64,000 nt of DNA from an uncultured SAR202 cluster bacterium (lineage in GTDB: Bacteria > Chloroflexota > Dehalococcoidia > Lucifugimonadales > Lucifugimonadaceae): assembly GCA_902620405.1 (NCBI GenBank), contig CACNIC010000002.1, positions 68,084 to 132,083 of the forward strand. Direction: 5' to 3'. Position numbers and translations under genes: made by a program. Of this stretch, positions 40,841-49,353 are shown piece by piece (the stretch's first letter is position 1; each line of letters opens with the position of its first letter). Under the pieces are notes generated by a model that was given only the letters and a program-made list of their open reading frames with translations, had not been told where the DNA came from and ran no database searches.

Positions 40841-41576
40841 GATGTTTATCGCCATGATGTGCTTCAATATCTGGGTCAACTTTTGCAAGATACCAAACAT
40901 TATTATTTGTTTTAAGGTGATCAAGTAATGTGTAAGCTCTTTTATCATTTTTCATTTTATTAATCCTACTTTCAGGATCTTTTTGGTTTCCAAATACCAA
41001 TGCATCAGTTGGGCAGGCTTGAACACAAGCTGGTGATATATCACCATCGACAACCTCTCTTTTGTCCTTTTTTGCATCCCTTGTTCCTCTTCTAATTCTT
41101 TGAATGCACATACTGCATTTTTCCATAATTCCTCTACTCCTAACTGTTACGTCAGGGTTCAAGTGATTCTGAAATGATTCTGGCCATTCTGGTTCCCAAT
41201 AATTAAAAAATCTAACTAAATATGGGCAACCATTTGCGCAATATCTGGTTCCAACACATCTGTTATAAATTTGAACATTTAATCCTTCAACTGTATGGTA
41301 ACTTGCGTAAACAGGGCATACTGGTTCACACGGGGCATTATCACAATGCATACATAATATTGGTATGAATTTAGCTTTCACATTTGGAAATTCACCTTCC
41401 CAATACCTCTCAACTCTTATCCATTCAATTCCTCTAGCGTCTTTGAAATTATCCTCTGTATTTATAGGAATATTATTTTCTGATTGGCAAGCAATCACAC
41501 AAGCTTGGCAACCGTTACACGCATCGATATCAACTGCCATTCCCCATTTAAATTTACTTTGTTTTTCAGCTACCAT
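40806..41576 (-). CDS. actB: Alternative Complex III iron-sulfur subunit ActB2 (DmsB/PsrB-like 4-cluster ferredoxin)
   Basis: CNGCQACVIAC, CMHCDNAPCEPVCP, CVGTRYCANGCPY, CSMC, CVQACPTDAL. Confidence 0.85.
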   Translation of the reverse strand: MVAEKQSKFKWGMAVDIDACNGCQACVIACQSENNIPINTEDNFKDARGIEWIRVERYWEGEFPNVKAKFIPILCMHCDNAPCEPVCPVYASYHTVEGLNVQIYNRCVGTRYCANGCPYLVRFFNYWEPEWPESFQNHLNPDVTVRSRGIMEKCSMCIQRIRRGTRDAKKDKREVVDGDISPACVQACPTDALVFGNQKDPESRINKMKNDKRAYTLLDHLKTNNNVWYLAKVDPDIEAHHGDKHHGEGNHKEDSH

Positions 41577-43981
41577 TAATGATCACCTTTCTCATTAGAA
41601 TGTTCATCTCCAAAATGATCCCCAAAAGTATGCTCAAGATGTTCTTCATGAGCCCTATGGAATCCTTCTTCAGCGGTTTCTCCTGGAGCCAAAGTCAATA
41701 TTGGCACACCAGGTTCTACTTGAACTGCAGGGACATTTCCCTCAAATTTGGATATTTTTTTATTTTCTTTAGTTTTAATTATTTGAACAGTTGTTGAATT
41801 CCACATTATGTCTCCATTTTCATTTAGTTTACTAGAGTCAATTAGATCAACAACATTAGCTCCTCTTCCACTTGCATACCTTGTAAAATTATCTTTTCCT
41901 AATCCAATTGGCACTGCAACAGTGTTTGTTGGTACTGCGGGATGTACGTACACAGGAAGTTCTATGGAAGATATTTCAGACTTCACTTCAACAATATCTC
42001 CAGCTTTGATATCAAGCTTTTCAGCAGTTTTATTATTCATTTCTACCCATGTATCCCAAGTAATAGAAGTTAATGGATCAGGTGAACCTAGGGCCCAAGG
42101 ATTAGACAATGAATTGCCATCCCCAAATACATGAGATTTGAAAGGTATTAGGTAGAATTCATTTTTAGATCTTTTAATTGATGCGACAGAATTTATAACA
42201 TTTATTTCTGGATTTTTAGGTTCAACTTTGGGCTGATTAGTATTCCACCAGCCCCCCCTTGCCATTACGCCTCTAAAGAAATCATCTTTACTTGAAGCAA
42301 CAATTGATGAATTTTTATAGGAATCACTTTCATAGATATTATCTGAAAGTTCCATGCAAATATCCATAAACGATAATCCTGAAAGATTACCTTCTAAATC
42401 GTCAAGTAATACATTATTAAAACTTTTAGAATCATAAAGAACCTTTGAACCATCTCTAAGTAAAGGTTTAGTGGCGACTGGTTGACCAAATCCATAGGAT
42501 TGATACCCAGTTTTTGGTTCAGGTATATCAGAGCTCCACGATTGTAAACTTGTATTTGAAGGAAGAATTAAATCACATCTTTCTAATGTGTCATTAACAA
42601 CAATACCAAAACCAATTGAAAGTTTTGCTTTACCAATTGCATCAACTAATCTTTTTTTCCCTGGGATTTCATTAACTAGATCTACATTATTAATCATAAT
42701 GAGGTCTTGACCTCCTGATTCCCAAGTTTCAATTTCCTTTGACCAATCTTCATAAGAATCCCATGAAGAATCTGAAGGCATTTTTATTACTTCACCATTA
42801 ACTAATATGTGTTTAAGTTCATTCTCAGGATTTATTATTATCCCACCCTCCTTATTAACTGAATTTGTAATGTAGTTGAGGCCATATACGAGTGCATTTA
42901 TGCTTCTGGAATTAGAATAACCAGATACACATCCGCCAGATAAAAACATTATTTTTTTATTTTTATCAATTGAATAATTTATTTTTTCAATTAATTTTTC
43001 TATAGCGTGATAATCTATACCTGTTGCTTTTCCAACTGATTTAGGATCCAAACTAACATTAGAATTATTTAATTCATTAATTTCCTGTATGCCTGCAATC
43101 TTCTTAAAATATTCAACATCTTCATTTTTTATTTTTTCATTCTTCAACAATGAGTCAGCAATCAATAATGCAATTAACCCTTCTTTTCCAGGATCGCTAC
43201 ATAACCATTTATCCGCAGCAGCAGCAGTCATAGACATTCTAGGTTCGATTTGATACAAGTAACCTCTATTTTCTTTAATTCTAAATTTACCAAATTGGTA
43301 TTCGTATTCTACCGGCCCCCAAGTTCCAAGAAAGTCTAAACCAAATGAAATAATTAAATCAGAATTTTTGATATCAAAGTAAGGAAGGTCCTTAGTTCCA
43401 AAAACATCCTTAGTAGTTTCGTACATTGAATTATCCCTTAATGAAGCTAAACTCAGATGCTTCATATTTTTTATCGAAGCATATTTCTCAATCAATCCTC
43501 TATTTAAACCTCTTACAGGCTTTGTGATGATTGTTTTAGTTCCTTGTGAAGAAGTTGCGTTATTAATAATTGATTTAGCTTCCTTCCATGTAATTGGCCT
43601 ATGATTACCACTTGAAGTCTTTCTATAAAGTGGACCTGAAATTCTATCTGGGTGGTACATACTTTGTAATTCAGTTTCAGTTACAGTTTTATGCTTTCCT
43701 AAAGTATTTGGAAAATCTGGATTACCTTCGATTTTTTTTGCTCTACCCTGCATGATCCTTACGATTAGACTTTCTCCGTGACTAGATGTATCACTTAATG
43801 TTGCATACCAATCATCTTCGCCTTTTACGTAATCTTCCGGCATATCAACTGGAGCTTGGATAATAAATTCTTGCTCAGGTACTCCACAAGCTTCAAATAT
43901 AAAAGCACCCAATGCAGTTCCACCAACTAGGCCTAAAAATTTTCTTCTTGATAAATTATTCTTATTTTCTAATGATGACAT
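41576..43981 (-). CDS. actB: Alternative Complex III molybdopterin-oxidoreductase-like subunit ActB1 with TAT signal
   Basis: Twin-arginine signal LSRRKFLGLVGGTALGAF. 801 aa with complex-iron-sulfur-molybdoenzyme-like architecture. Stop overlaps the actB2 start. Confidence 0.8.
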   Translation of the reverse strand: MSSLENKNNLSRRKFLGLVGGTALGAFIFEACGVPEQEFIIQAPVDMPEDYVKGEDDWYATLSDTSSHGESLIVRIMQGRAKKIEGNPDFPNTLGKHKTVTETELQSMYHPDRISGPLYRKTSSGNHRPITWKEAKSIINNATSSQGTKTIITKPVRGLNRGLIEKYASIKNMKHLSLASLRDNSMYETTKDVFGTKDLPYFDIKNSDLIISFGLDFLGTWGPVEYEYQFGKFRIKENRGYLYQIEPRMSMTAAAADKWLCSDPGKEGLIALLIADSLLKNEKIKNEDVEYFKKIAGIQEINELNNSNVSLDPKSVGKATGIDYHAIEKLIEKINYSIDKNKKIMFLSGGCVSGYSNSRSINALVYGLNYITNSVNKEGGIIINPENELKHILVNGEVIKMPSDSSWDSYEDWSKEIETWESGGQDLIMINNVDLVNEIPGKKRLVDAIGKAKLSIGFGIVVNDTLERCDLILPSNTSLQSWSSDIPEPKTGYQSYGFGQPVATKPLLRDGSKVLYDSKSFNNVLLDDLEGNLSGLSFMDICMELSDNIYESDSYKNSSIVASSKDDFFRGVMARGGWWNTNQPKVEPKNPEINVINSVASIKRSKNEFYLIPFKSHVFGDGNSLSNPWALGSPDPLTSITWDTWVEMNNKTAEKLDIKAGDIVEVKSEISSIELPVYVHPAVPTNTVAVPIGLGKDNFTRYASGRGANVVDLIDSSKLNENGDIMWNSTTVQIIKTKENKKISKFEGNVPAVQVEPGVPILTLAPGETAEEGFHRAHEEHLEHTFGDHFGDEHSNEKGDH

Positions 43982-44781
43982 GTTTCACATCCTACTGAAG
44001 CTTCATTTGCTCTGTGACAAGCAACGCATTGACCCATTTTTAGAGGTTGAACTTGAGCAACTTGCTCCATACCAGCAACATTCCCATGACATGTCGAACA
44101 TACTTTTGATGCATTAACTGTCCCGTCAGGCAATACTTCAAAATCAACTGGTTTATTTTGTATTGAATCTGGATTTTCGGTTAAATACCATATATGAGGT
44201 GCGTGATTAAATCTTACATGATCGGGCATCCTATGAACTCTTTCCCAGTTAATCGGAGACTTTGTTTCTTCATATAAACCCTTTTGACGCAAATATGTTA
44301 ATTGTTCATTGTCGGAATCACCAATTACTTTATGGCAAGATATACACAATTCAACAGGAGGTACTCCAGACCAGGGCCTTTCAATTACTTGTTTATGGCA
44401 ATATGTACAGTCCATTCCAAGCCCCACCATTGGAGACCCATCATCATTAACTCTCATGTCTCCAGATGGAGAAACATATGGCTGACCTGTTTTTTCGTCA
44501 ATTAAAGGACCCACACCTGCGTGAATAGTATGTGGAAAATGCATAGGTTGTTCTGGGCTTTGGTCAAACCCTAATACTGGTAATGGGTTCCCAAACCATG
44601 CTGTCATAACAAAAGCTTGCAAAAAGCTTAATACAGCAAATATTCCAAGGCCACCTACTGCAAGAACTGGTGCTAATAATTTAAGCCATGTAGGAGTTGT
44701 TTTGTCCTTTTCCTTAATAATCTCTACAATTTCAGCAGCAATATAGAGTGGTGCGTATAGTATGTCTAACAATCTTTTCAA
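43969..44781 (-). CDS. actA: Alternative Complex III pentaheme cytochrome c subunit ActA
   Basis: Five CxxCH motifs (CTYCH, CISCH, CSTCH, CVACH, CETCH), an N-terminal TM anchor, and FPHTIHAG. Confidence 0.85.
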   Translation of the reverse strand: MKRLLDILYAPLYIAAEIVEIIKEKDKTTPTWLKLLAPVLAVGGLGIFAVLSFLQAFVMTAWFGNPLPVLGFDQSPEQPMHFPHTIHAGVGPLIDEKTGQPYVSPSGDMRVNDDGSPMVGLGMDCTYCHKQVIERPWSGVPPVELCISCHKVIGDSDNEQLTYLRQKGLYEETKSPINWERVHRMPDHVRFNHAPHIWYLTENPDSIQNKPVDFEVLPDGTVNASKVCSTCHGNVAGMEQVAQVQPLKMGQCVACHRANEASVGCETCHH

Positions 44782-44792
44782 AACTATCTCAC

Positions 44793-45086
44793 CTACTGCC
44801 AGAAACTTGGGTAAATATCAGAAATAATCCCTTGAGCAAGAGAAAGGGCATATAAAAAAATACCAACATCCAAAATGAAAGCGAAAGTTCCAGTCACGTA
44901 AAGAGGAAGCCTGTACTTATTAAACTTTTTGCTTAGCGTACCAGAATCAACCGCTGATGGTATTACCGCATGGGCTATTACTAAGGAACTAGCTGCTATA
45001 AAAGCCAGAACAAGACACACAAACATTAACCTCAATGCAAGTAACCTTGTTTGCCAGTCCTCAACAGATAAAATTCCTGGATCCAT
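44793..45086 (-). CDS. small membrane protein (2-3 TM) leading the act operon
   Basis: 97-aa ORF, 11 nt upstream of actA. Hydrophobic segments LRLMFVCLVLAFIAASSLVIAHAV and LPLYVTGTFAFILDVGIFLYALSLA. Confidence 0.45.
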   Translation of the reverse strand: MDPGILSVEDWQTRLLALRLMFVCLVLAFIAASSLVIAHAVIPSAVDSGTLSKKFNKYRLPLYVTGTFAFILDVGIFLYALSLAQGIISDIYPSFWQ

Positions 45087-45234
45087 TAATAACCTCTCGA
45101 CTCATTAAAATTCCTAGAAAAAAGATAACATGGAACATATATATTAATCAACATAAATTATACCTAGTAGTTATCAAAAAAAATGATAAAAATCATTACT
45201 ATATTTTTTACCAAATTAGTCAACAATTATATGT

Positions 45235-45262
45235 TTGCATCTTTGAGGTTATGAAATATACT
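45235..45262 (+). promoter_or_regulatory. candidate promoter for the plus-strand 12-gene operon
   Basis: TTGCAT (45235-45240), a 16-nt spacer, then TATACT (45257-45262), ~40 nt before the ATG at 45303. AT-rich context, so low specificity. Confidence 0.25.
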
Positions 45263-45302
45263 TACTTGTATTGTAAATAATAAATAAAAGGTAAAAATAT
45301 TC

Positions 45303-45470
45303 ATGGGATCAAAACATCAAGATAGAAGAGCTTTTTTAAAGAAGTCAGGTATTATTATTGCCTTATTTAGTATAGTGTCTTCCTTTTTAAAGCCGGGAAA
45401 ATACATTTTCCCGAAAGAAGTAGACTCTGATTCTGCATTTATTCCAAGAGATCCAAAAAATAAGTTTTAA
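45303..45470 (+). CDS. 55-aa protein with a consensus twin-arginine (TAT) signal; not in the supplied ORF track
   Basis: My own translation: MGSKHQDRRAFLKKSGIIIALFSIVSSFLKPGKYIFPKEVDSDSAFIPRDPKNKF. DRRAFLK matches S/T-RRxFLK, followed by a hydrophobic h-region. AAAGG lies upstream. The stop is 5 nt before the next ATG. Confidence 0.45.
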   Translation: MGSKHQDRRAFLKKSGIIIALFSIVSSFLKPGKYIFPKEVDSDSAFIPRDPKNKF

Positions 45471-45475
45471 AATTT

Positions 45476-46540
45476 ATGATTAGAGTAGGAATAATTGGTG
45501 CAGGAGGAAATACAATTTCTGCTCATTTGCCAAAATTAATTGAGCAGAGTGGAGTTGAAGTAGTATCAGTAGCTAACAGAACTGTCGCTTCGGGTGAAAA
45601 GGTAGCTAAAAAATTTAACATAAACAAAGTTTATGACGATTGGCAAAACATTATCACCGATGATGATGTAGATGCAGTTTGTATTGGAACATGGCCTTAT
45701 ATGCATTCTACAATTACTGTTGAGGCCTTGGAAGAGGGAAAACATGTATTAACTGAAGCTAGAATGGCAATGAATTCAGAAGAAGCAGAATTAATGCATA
45801 ATATTTCAAAAAGCTATCCAGATCTTGTAACTCAAATTGTACCTGCTCCTCATACTCTTCCTTACGATAACACTATTAAACAGTGGGTGACTGAAGAGAT
45901 GGGTGATTTAATTTTATTCGATGTCAGATCTTCAACTGGAGAATTCATAAATTACGAAAGAGAAATGCATTGGAGGGAAAATAGGGATCTTTCTGGAAAT
46001 AATATAATGCATATGGGCATATTTTATGAAGCAGGTATGCGTTGGCTTGGAACTGCTTCATCGGTTATGGCAACATCAAATGTTAACGTCAAAAAAAGAA
46101 TATCACCAGATACAGGTCAGATTTCAGAAATATCTATTCCAGATCATTTAGAAGCTATTGGAGAAATGAGTATTGGAGGAAATTTTCATATATCACACAG
46201 CACTGTTTTAGGTGGTGCTGAAAAGCTTGAAATATTTATTTATGGAACTAATTCAACTTTAAAAATTACTGAAGATATTAACTGTGCAACACCTCAATCC
46301 TACAATACATTGAAACTTAAACTGGAAACTTTAAATAAAGGTGCAAATAAATGGAAAATTTTAAAGCCAAAAAAAATTAATGTTGGTAAATGGCGAGTTG
46401 AAGAAGAATTTATTCAGGCAATAAAAGGTAAAGAAAAAATTACCCACACAACATTTTCTGATGGAGTGAAATACATGCAATTTACTGATGCGTTAAAGAT
46501 GAGTTCAGAATCTAATAAAAAAGTTTTTTTACCATTTTAA
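45476..46540 (+). CDS. Gfo/Idh/MocA family NAD(P)-dependent oxidoreductase
   Basis: MIRVGIIGAGGNTISAHLPKL Rossmann start, VDAVCIGTWPYMH, GKHVLTEARMA. Confidence 0.85.
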   Translation: MIRVGIIGAGGNTISAHLPKLIEQSGVEVVSVANRTVASGEKVAKKFNINKVYDDWQNIITDDDVDAVCIGTWPYMHSTITVEALEEGKHVLTEARMAMNSEEAELMHNISKSYPDLVTQIVPAPHTLPYDNTIKQWVTEEMGDLILFDVRSSTGEFINYEREMHWRENRDLSGNNIMHMGIFYEAGMRWLGTASSVMATSNVNVKKRISPDTGQISEISIPDHLEAIGEMSIGGNFHISHSTVLGGAEKLEIFIYGTNSTLKITEDINCATPQSYNTLKLKLETLNKGANKWKILKPKKINVGKWRVEEEFIQAIKGKEKITHTTFSDGVKYMQFTDALKMSSESNKKVFLPF

Positions 46541-46541
46541 A

Positions 46542-47303
46542 ATGAATGTGGTCGATTTAAATGCTGATGTCGGTGAGTCTTATGGATTGATGCATTCAGG
46601 TATGGATTCAGAAATTATCCCACATGTAACCTCAGTAAATATTGCAGCAGGATTCCATTCAGGAGATCCAGATACAATTAAAAAAACAGTTGATCTTGCT
46701 ATATCAACTGGAAAATCAATAGGAGCTCACCCTAGCTACCCTGACCTGCAAGGTTTTGGAAGACGAAAAATAGATATGGATTTTGAATCCATTGAGAATT
46801 TAACTAAATACCAAATAGGTGCTTTATTTGGTTTTGCAAAAGAAAGCCTCAATCATATTAAACCGCATGGTGCACTATACAATAATGCTGCTTCTGATAT
46901 GAATATCGCAAATTCAATTTACAATGCTGTTAATGGTTTTGATAGTAAATTAATTCATGTAACTTTGGCCAATTCTGAATGGAGTGAATACTTAAAATCA
47001 AAGAAAGTAAAAGTGGCTAATGAAGGTTTTGCTGACAGAGCATACGATGATAACGGTCACCTTGTTTCAAGATCCATTGAAGGATCTGTTCTACATAATG
47101 AATCTGAAATAATTGATAGAGTTATTGGAATGGCAAAAAATAAAGAAGTTAAGTCGATTACTGGAAAAATTATAAATTTAGATGTTGATACAATTTGCCT
47201 TCATGGTGATAATAAAGATTCAGTTATTTTGGCAAAAAAGTTAAAGAAAGAGTTAATTAATTTTGGCTGTGAAATAAAGAGTTTGCCCACTTTCATCAAA
47301 TAA
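46542..47303 (+). CDS. pxpA: LamB/YcsF family protein (5-oxoprolinase subunit A-like)
   Basis: DLNADVGES, NIAAGFHSGDP, GAHPSYPDLQGFGRR, KPHGALYN, GFADRAY, ICLHGDN. Confidence 0.85.
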   Translation: MNVVDLNADVGESYGLMHSGMDSEIIPHVTSVNIAAGFHSGDPDTIKKTVDLAISTGKSIGAHPSYPDLQGFGRRKIDMDFESIENLTKYQIGALFGFAKESLNHIKPHGALYNNAASDMNIANSIYNAVNGFDSKLIHVTLANSEWSEYLKSKKVKVANEGFADRAYDDNGHLVSRSIEGSVLHNESEIIDRVIGMAKNKEVKSITGKIINLDVDTICLHGDNKDSVILAKKLKKELINFGCEIKSLPTFIK

Positions 47304-47954
47304 ATGAATTATAAATTTTTTGATATATCTGACAGAACGATATCATTTAATTTTTCAGACAATATTGATCAAACCATAAATTCTAAAATAGTTGAAATAT
47401 CCTTTGAAATAGATAAAAAAAGAAGACATTTAGATATTGTGTCATGTTATCCAACTTACAATTCTTTAGTAATTGATTACGATCCAATAAATATTGAAAG
47501 GAATGTAATTATAAATAGAATTTCTGAATTAATAGATAATTTTGAATTTAAAAATTCAAATTCGGATGAATTATTAGAAATCGATGTAAATTACGGAGGG
47601 GGTTATGGTGAAGATTTGAAAAGTGTTTCTGAAATAACTAATCTTTCAGAAAAAGAAGTAATTAAAATCCATTCATCGGTAATTTATCATGTATATATGA
47701 TCGGATTCTCCCCTGGTTTTCCATATTTAGGAGGCCTTAATAAAAAACTAATTTGCCCGCGTCTTGATTCACCTAGGCAAGTTGTACCAGCAGGATCTGT
47801 TGGAATTGCAGATAAGCAGACAGGCATTTACCCTTTTGAGTCTTCTGGAGGATGGCGTTTAATTGGAAGAACAGATGAAAATCTTTTTGATAACAACTTG
47901 GTTTCACCAAGCATACTCAAGCCCGGAATGAAGTTGAAATTCAATGAAATATGA
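47304..47954 (+). CDS. pxpB: KipI/PxpB-type protein (CT_C_D, formerly allophanate hydrolase subunit 1)
   Basis: YHVYMIGFSPGFPYLGGL...PRLDSPRQVVPAGSVGIADKQTGIYPFESSGGWRLIGRT. Confidence 0.8.
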   Translation: MNYKFFDISDRTISFNFSDNIDQTINSKIVEISFEIDKKRRHLDIVSCYPTYNSLVIDYDPINIERNVIINRISELIDNFEFKNSNSDELLEIDVNYGGGYGEDLKSVSEITNLSEKEVIKIHSSVIYHVYMIGFSPGFPYLGGLNKKLICPRLDSPRQVVPAGSVGIADKQTGIYPFESSGGWRLIGRTDENLFDNNLVSPSILKPGMKLKFNEI

Positions 47955-49005
47955 AATTTTAAAGTTAACTAACCAGCCAATTTTTTCAACAATTCAGGAT
48001 GAAGGAAGGTTCGGATTTGAGCAATTTGGTGTTCCTAATTCAGGTTCTGGAGACAAGATATCTTTTAGATTAGGTAATTTGTTAATGAACAATAGCATCT
48101 CAGATGCATCTATAGAAATTTTATACGGAAATACTTCATTTGAATGTCTCAATGATACACAAATTTGCATTACTGGCTCTAACATGGACCCTAGGTTGAA
48201 TGGAATGCCAATAAAAATGTGGCAAACAGTAAATATATACAAAGGAGATAAAATTGAATTAGGCTCATCAAAAAATGGATTAAGATCATATATTTCTGTA
48301 AAAAAAGGTATTGAGATAAATAAAATTTTAGACTCTCGATCAACTCATTCTATATTCAATTTAGGTGGAAAAAAATTAAATATGGGAGATATTATTTCAA
48401 GTTCAAGTGTCCATAAAAAAAATAATTTAAAAAAAATAAATTTTTTAAGAAACATCCCAAATTTTAATGAAACAGAAAAACTATTACATGTCACTAAAGG
48501 CCCGGAATTCAACTTGCTTTCTGAAAAAAGTATAAAAATTATCGAGAACAATAAATTTAAACTTTCAAATAGAATGAGTAGAACTGGTGCTCAGATAGAG
48601 GGTGAAAAATTAGAATTGAAAAATGGTAAATCAGATATAATTTCTGATGGTGTTTCCGCTGGAACAATTCAGTTGCCAAAAGATGGGAATATGTATGTTT
48701 TACTCGAAGATTCACAAAGAATTGGTGGTTATGCAAGAATATTAAATTTTGACACTTTAAGCTTGTGGAAGATTGCGCAATTAAAGCCTGGAGATGAATT
48801 TAAATTAAAAATAATATCAATTGAAGAGGCTCATCAAAGATTAAAAGAAAATAATGATATTTTTTTTAAAAATAATGTTCATACAGAAGAAAAAATAAAT
48901 GAAAACATTTTTTATGTTGAAGGGGAGGAGATAAATGTTAAAATTTTTGGTGAAAACAATGAGCTTATTTATGTTAATAATAAGCCTTTAAAAATAGATT
49001 TTTAA
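47944..49005 (+). CDS. pxpC: KipA/PxpC-type protein (CT_A_B, formerly allophanate hydrolase subunit 2) with a C-terminal extension
   Basis: FSTIQDEGRFGFEQFGVPNSGSGDKISFRLGNLLMNN, ...RTGAQIEG..., GTIQLPKDGNMYVLLEDSQRIGGY. 353 aa. Confidence 0.8.
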   Translation: MKYEILKLTNQPIFSTIQDEGRFGFEQFGVPNSGSGDKISFRLGNLLMNNSISDASIEILYGNTSFECLNDTQICITGSNMDPRLNGMPIKMWQTVNIYKGDKIELGSSKNGLRSYISVKKGIEINKILDSRSTHSIFNLGGKKLNMGDIISSSSVHKKNNLKKINFLRNIPNFNETEKLLHVTKGPEFNLLSEKSIKIIENNKFKLSNRMSRTGAQIEGEKLELKNGKSDIISDGVSAGTIQLPKDGNMYVLLEDSQRIGGYARILNFDTLSLWKIAQLKPGDEFKLKIISIEEAHQRLKENNDIFFKNNVHTEEKINENIFYVEGEEINVKIFGENNELIYVNNKPLKIDF

Positions 49006-49038
49006 TAACAATAGATATAAAGTAGTTTTGAGAAAATT

Positions 49039-49353
49039 ATGGTTTTAGATGGATTATATATGTCCCTTATTGGGTTAGCAGTAGTTTTTATGGTGCTGAT
49101 TTTTCTTTTAATTACAATAAACTTATTAAATTACTTTGATAAAAATCCAAAAAAGAAAAATATTGATACAGATACTCTGATATCTTCAAAAAAATCTGAA
49201 AATAAAATGGAAAACGTTGTAGCTGCAATTGCTTTAAGTTTGGCAATGTCAGAGAACAATCCCAATAAAAATATTATTAAAAAAAATAATATGAGTTCTT
49301 CGAATTGGCTTTCAAACGGCCAGCAAAGATTATTCAGGTCAAGAGAGGTTTAA
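49039..49353 (+). CDS. oadG: OadG-like gamma subunit of a Na+-translocating decarboxylase
   Basis: N-terminal TM helix LYMSLIGLAVVFMVLIFLLITI, then ENVVAAIALSLAM. Small size, directly before the biotin carrier and the beta subunit. Confidence 0.65.
   Translation: MVLDGLYMSLIGLAVVFMVLIFLLITINLLNYFDKNPKKKNIDTDTLISSKKSENKMENVVAAIALSLAMSENNPNKNIIKKNNMSSSNWLSNGQQRLFRSREV

Noticed and set aside
40841-40948. N-terminal 36 codons of the track ORF for the ActF-like protein
   Set aside because: They would overlap actB2 by 143 nt, and the extension (MIKELTHYLITLKQII...) has no membrane or signal character. An internal ATG at 40840 or 40855 is more plausible. The exact start is unresolved.
45035-45280. 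81-aa plus-strand ORF in the divergent intergenic region
   Set aside because: It overlaps the start of the 97-aa membrane ORF. The rest is Lys/Ile/Tyr-rich translation of AT-rich promoter DNA. It has no RBS or motif. The 55-codon TAT ORF just downstream is the better-supported first gene.
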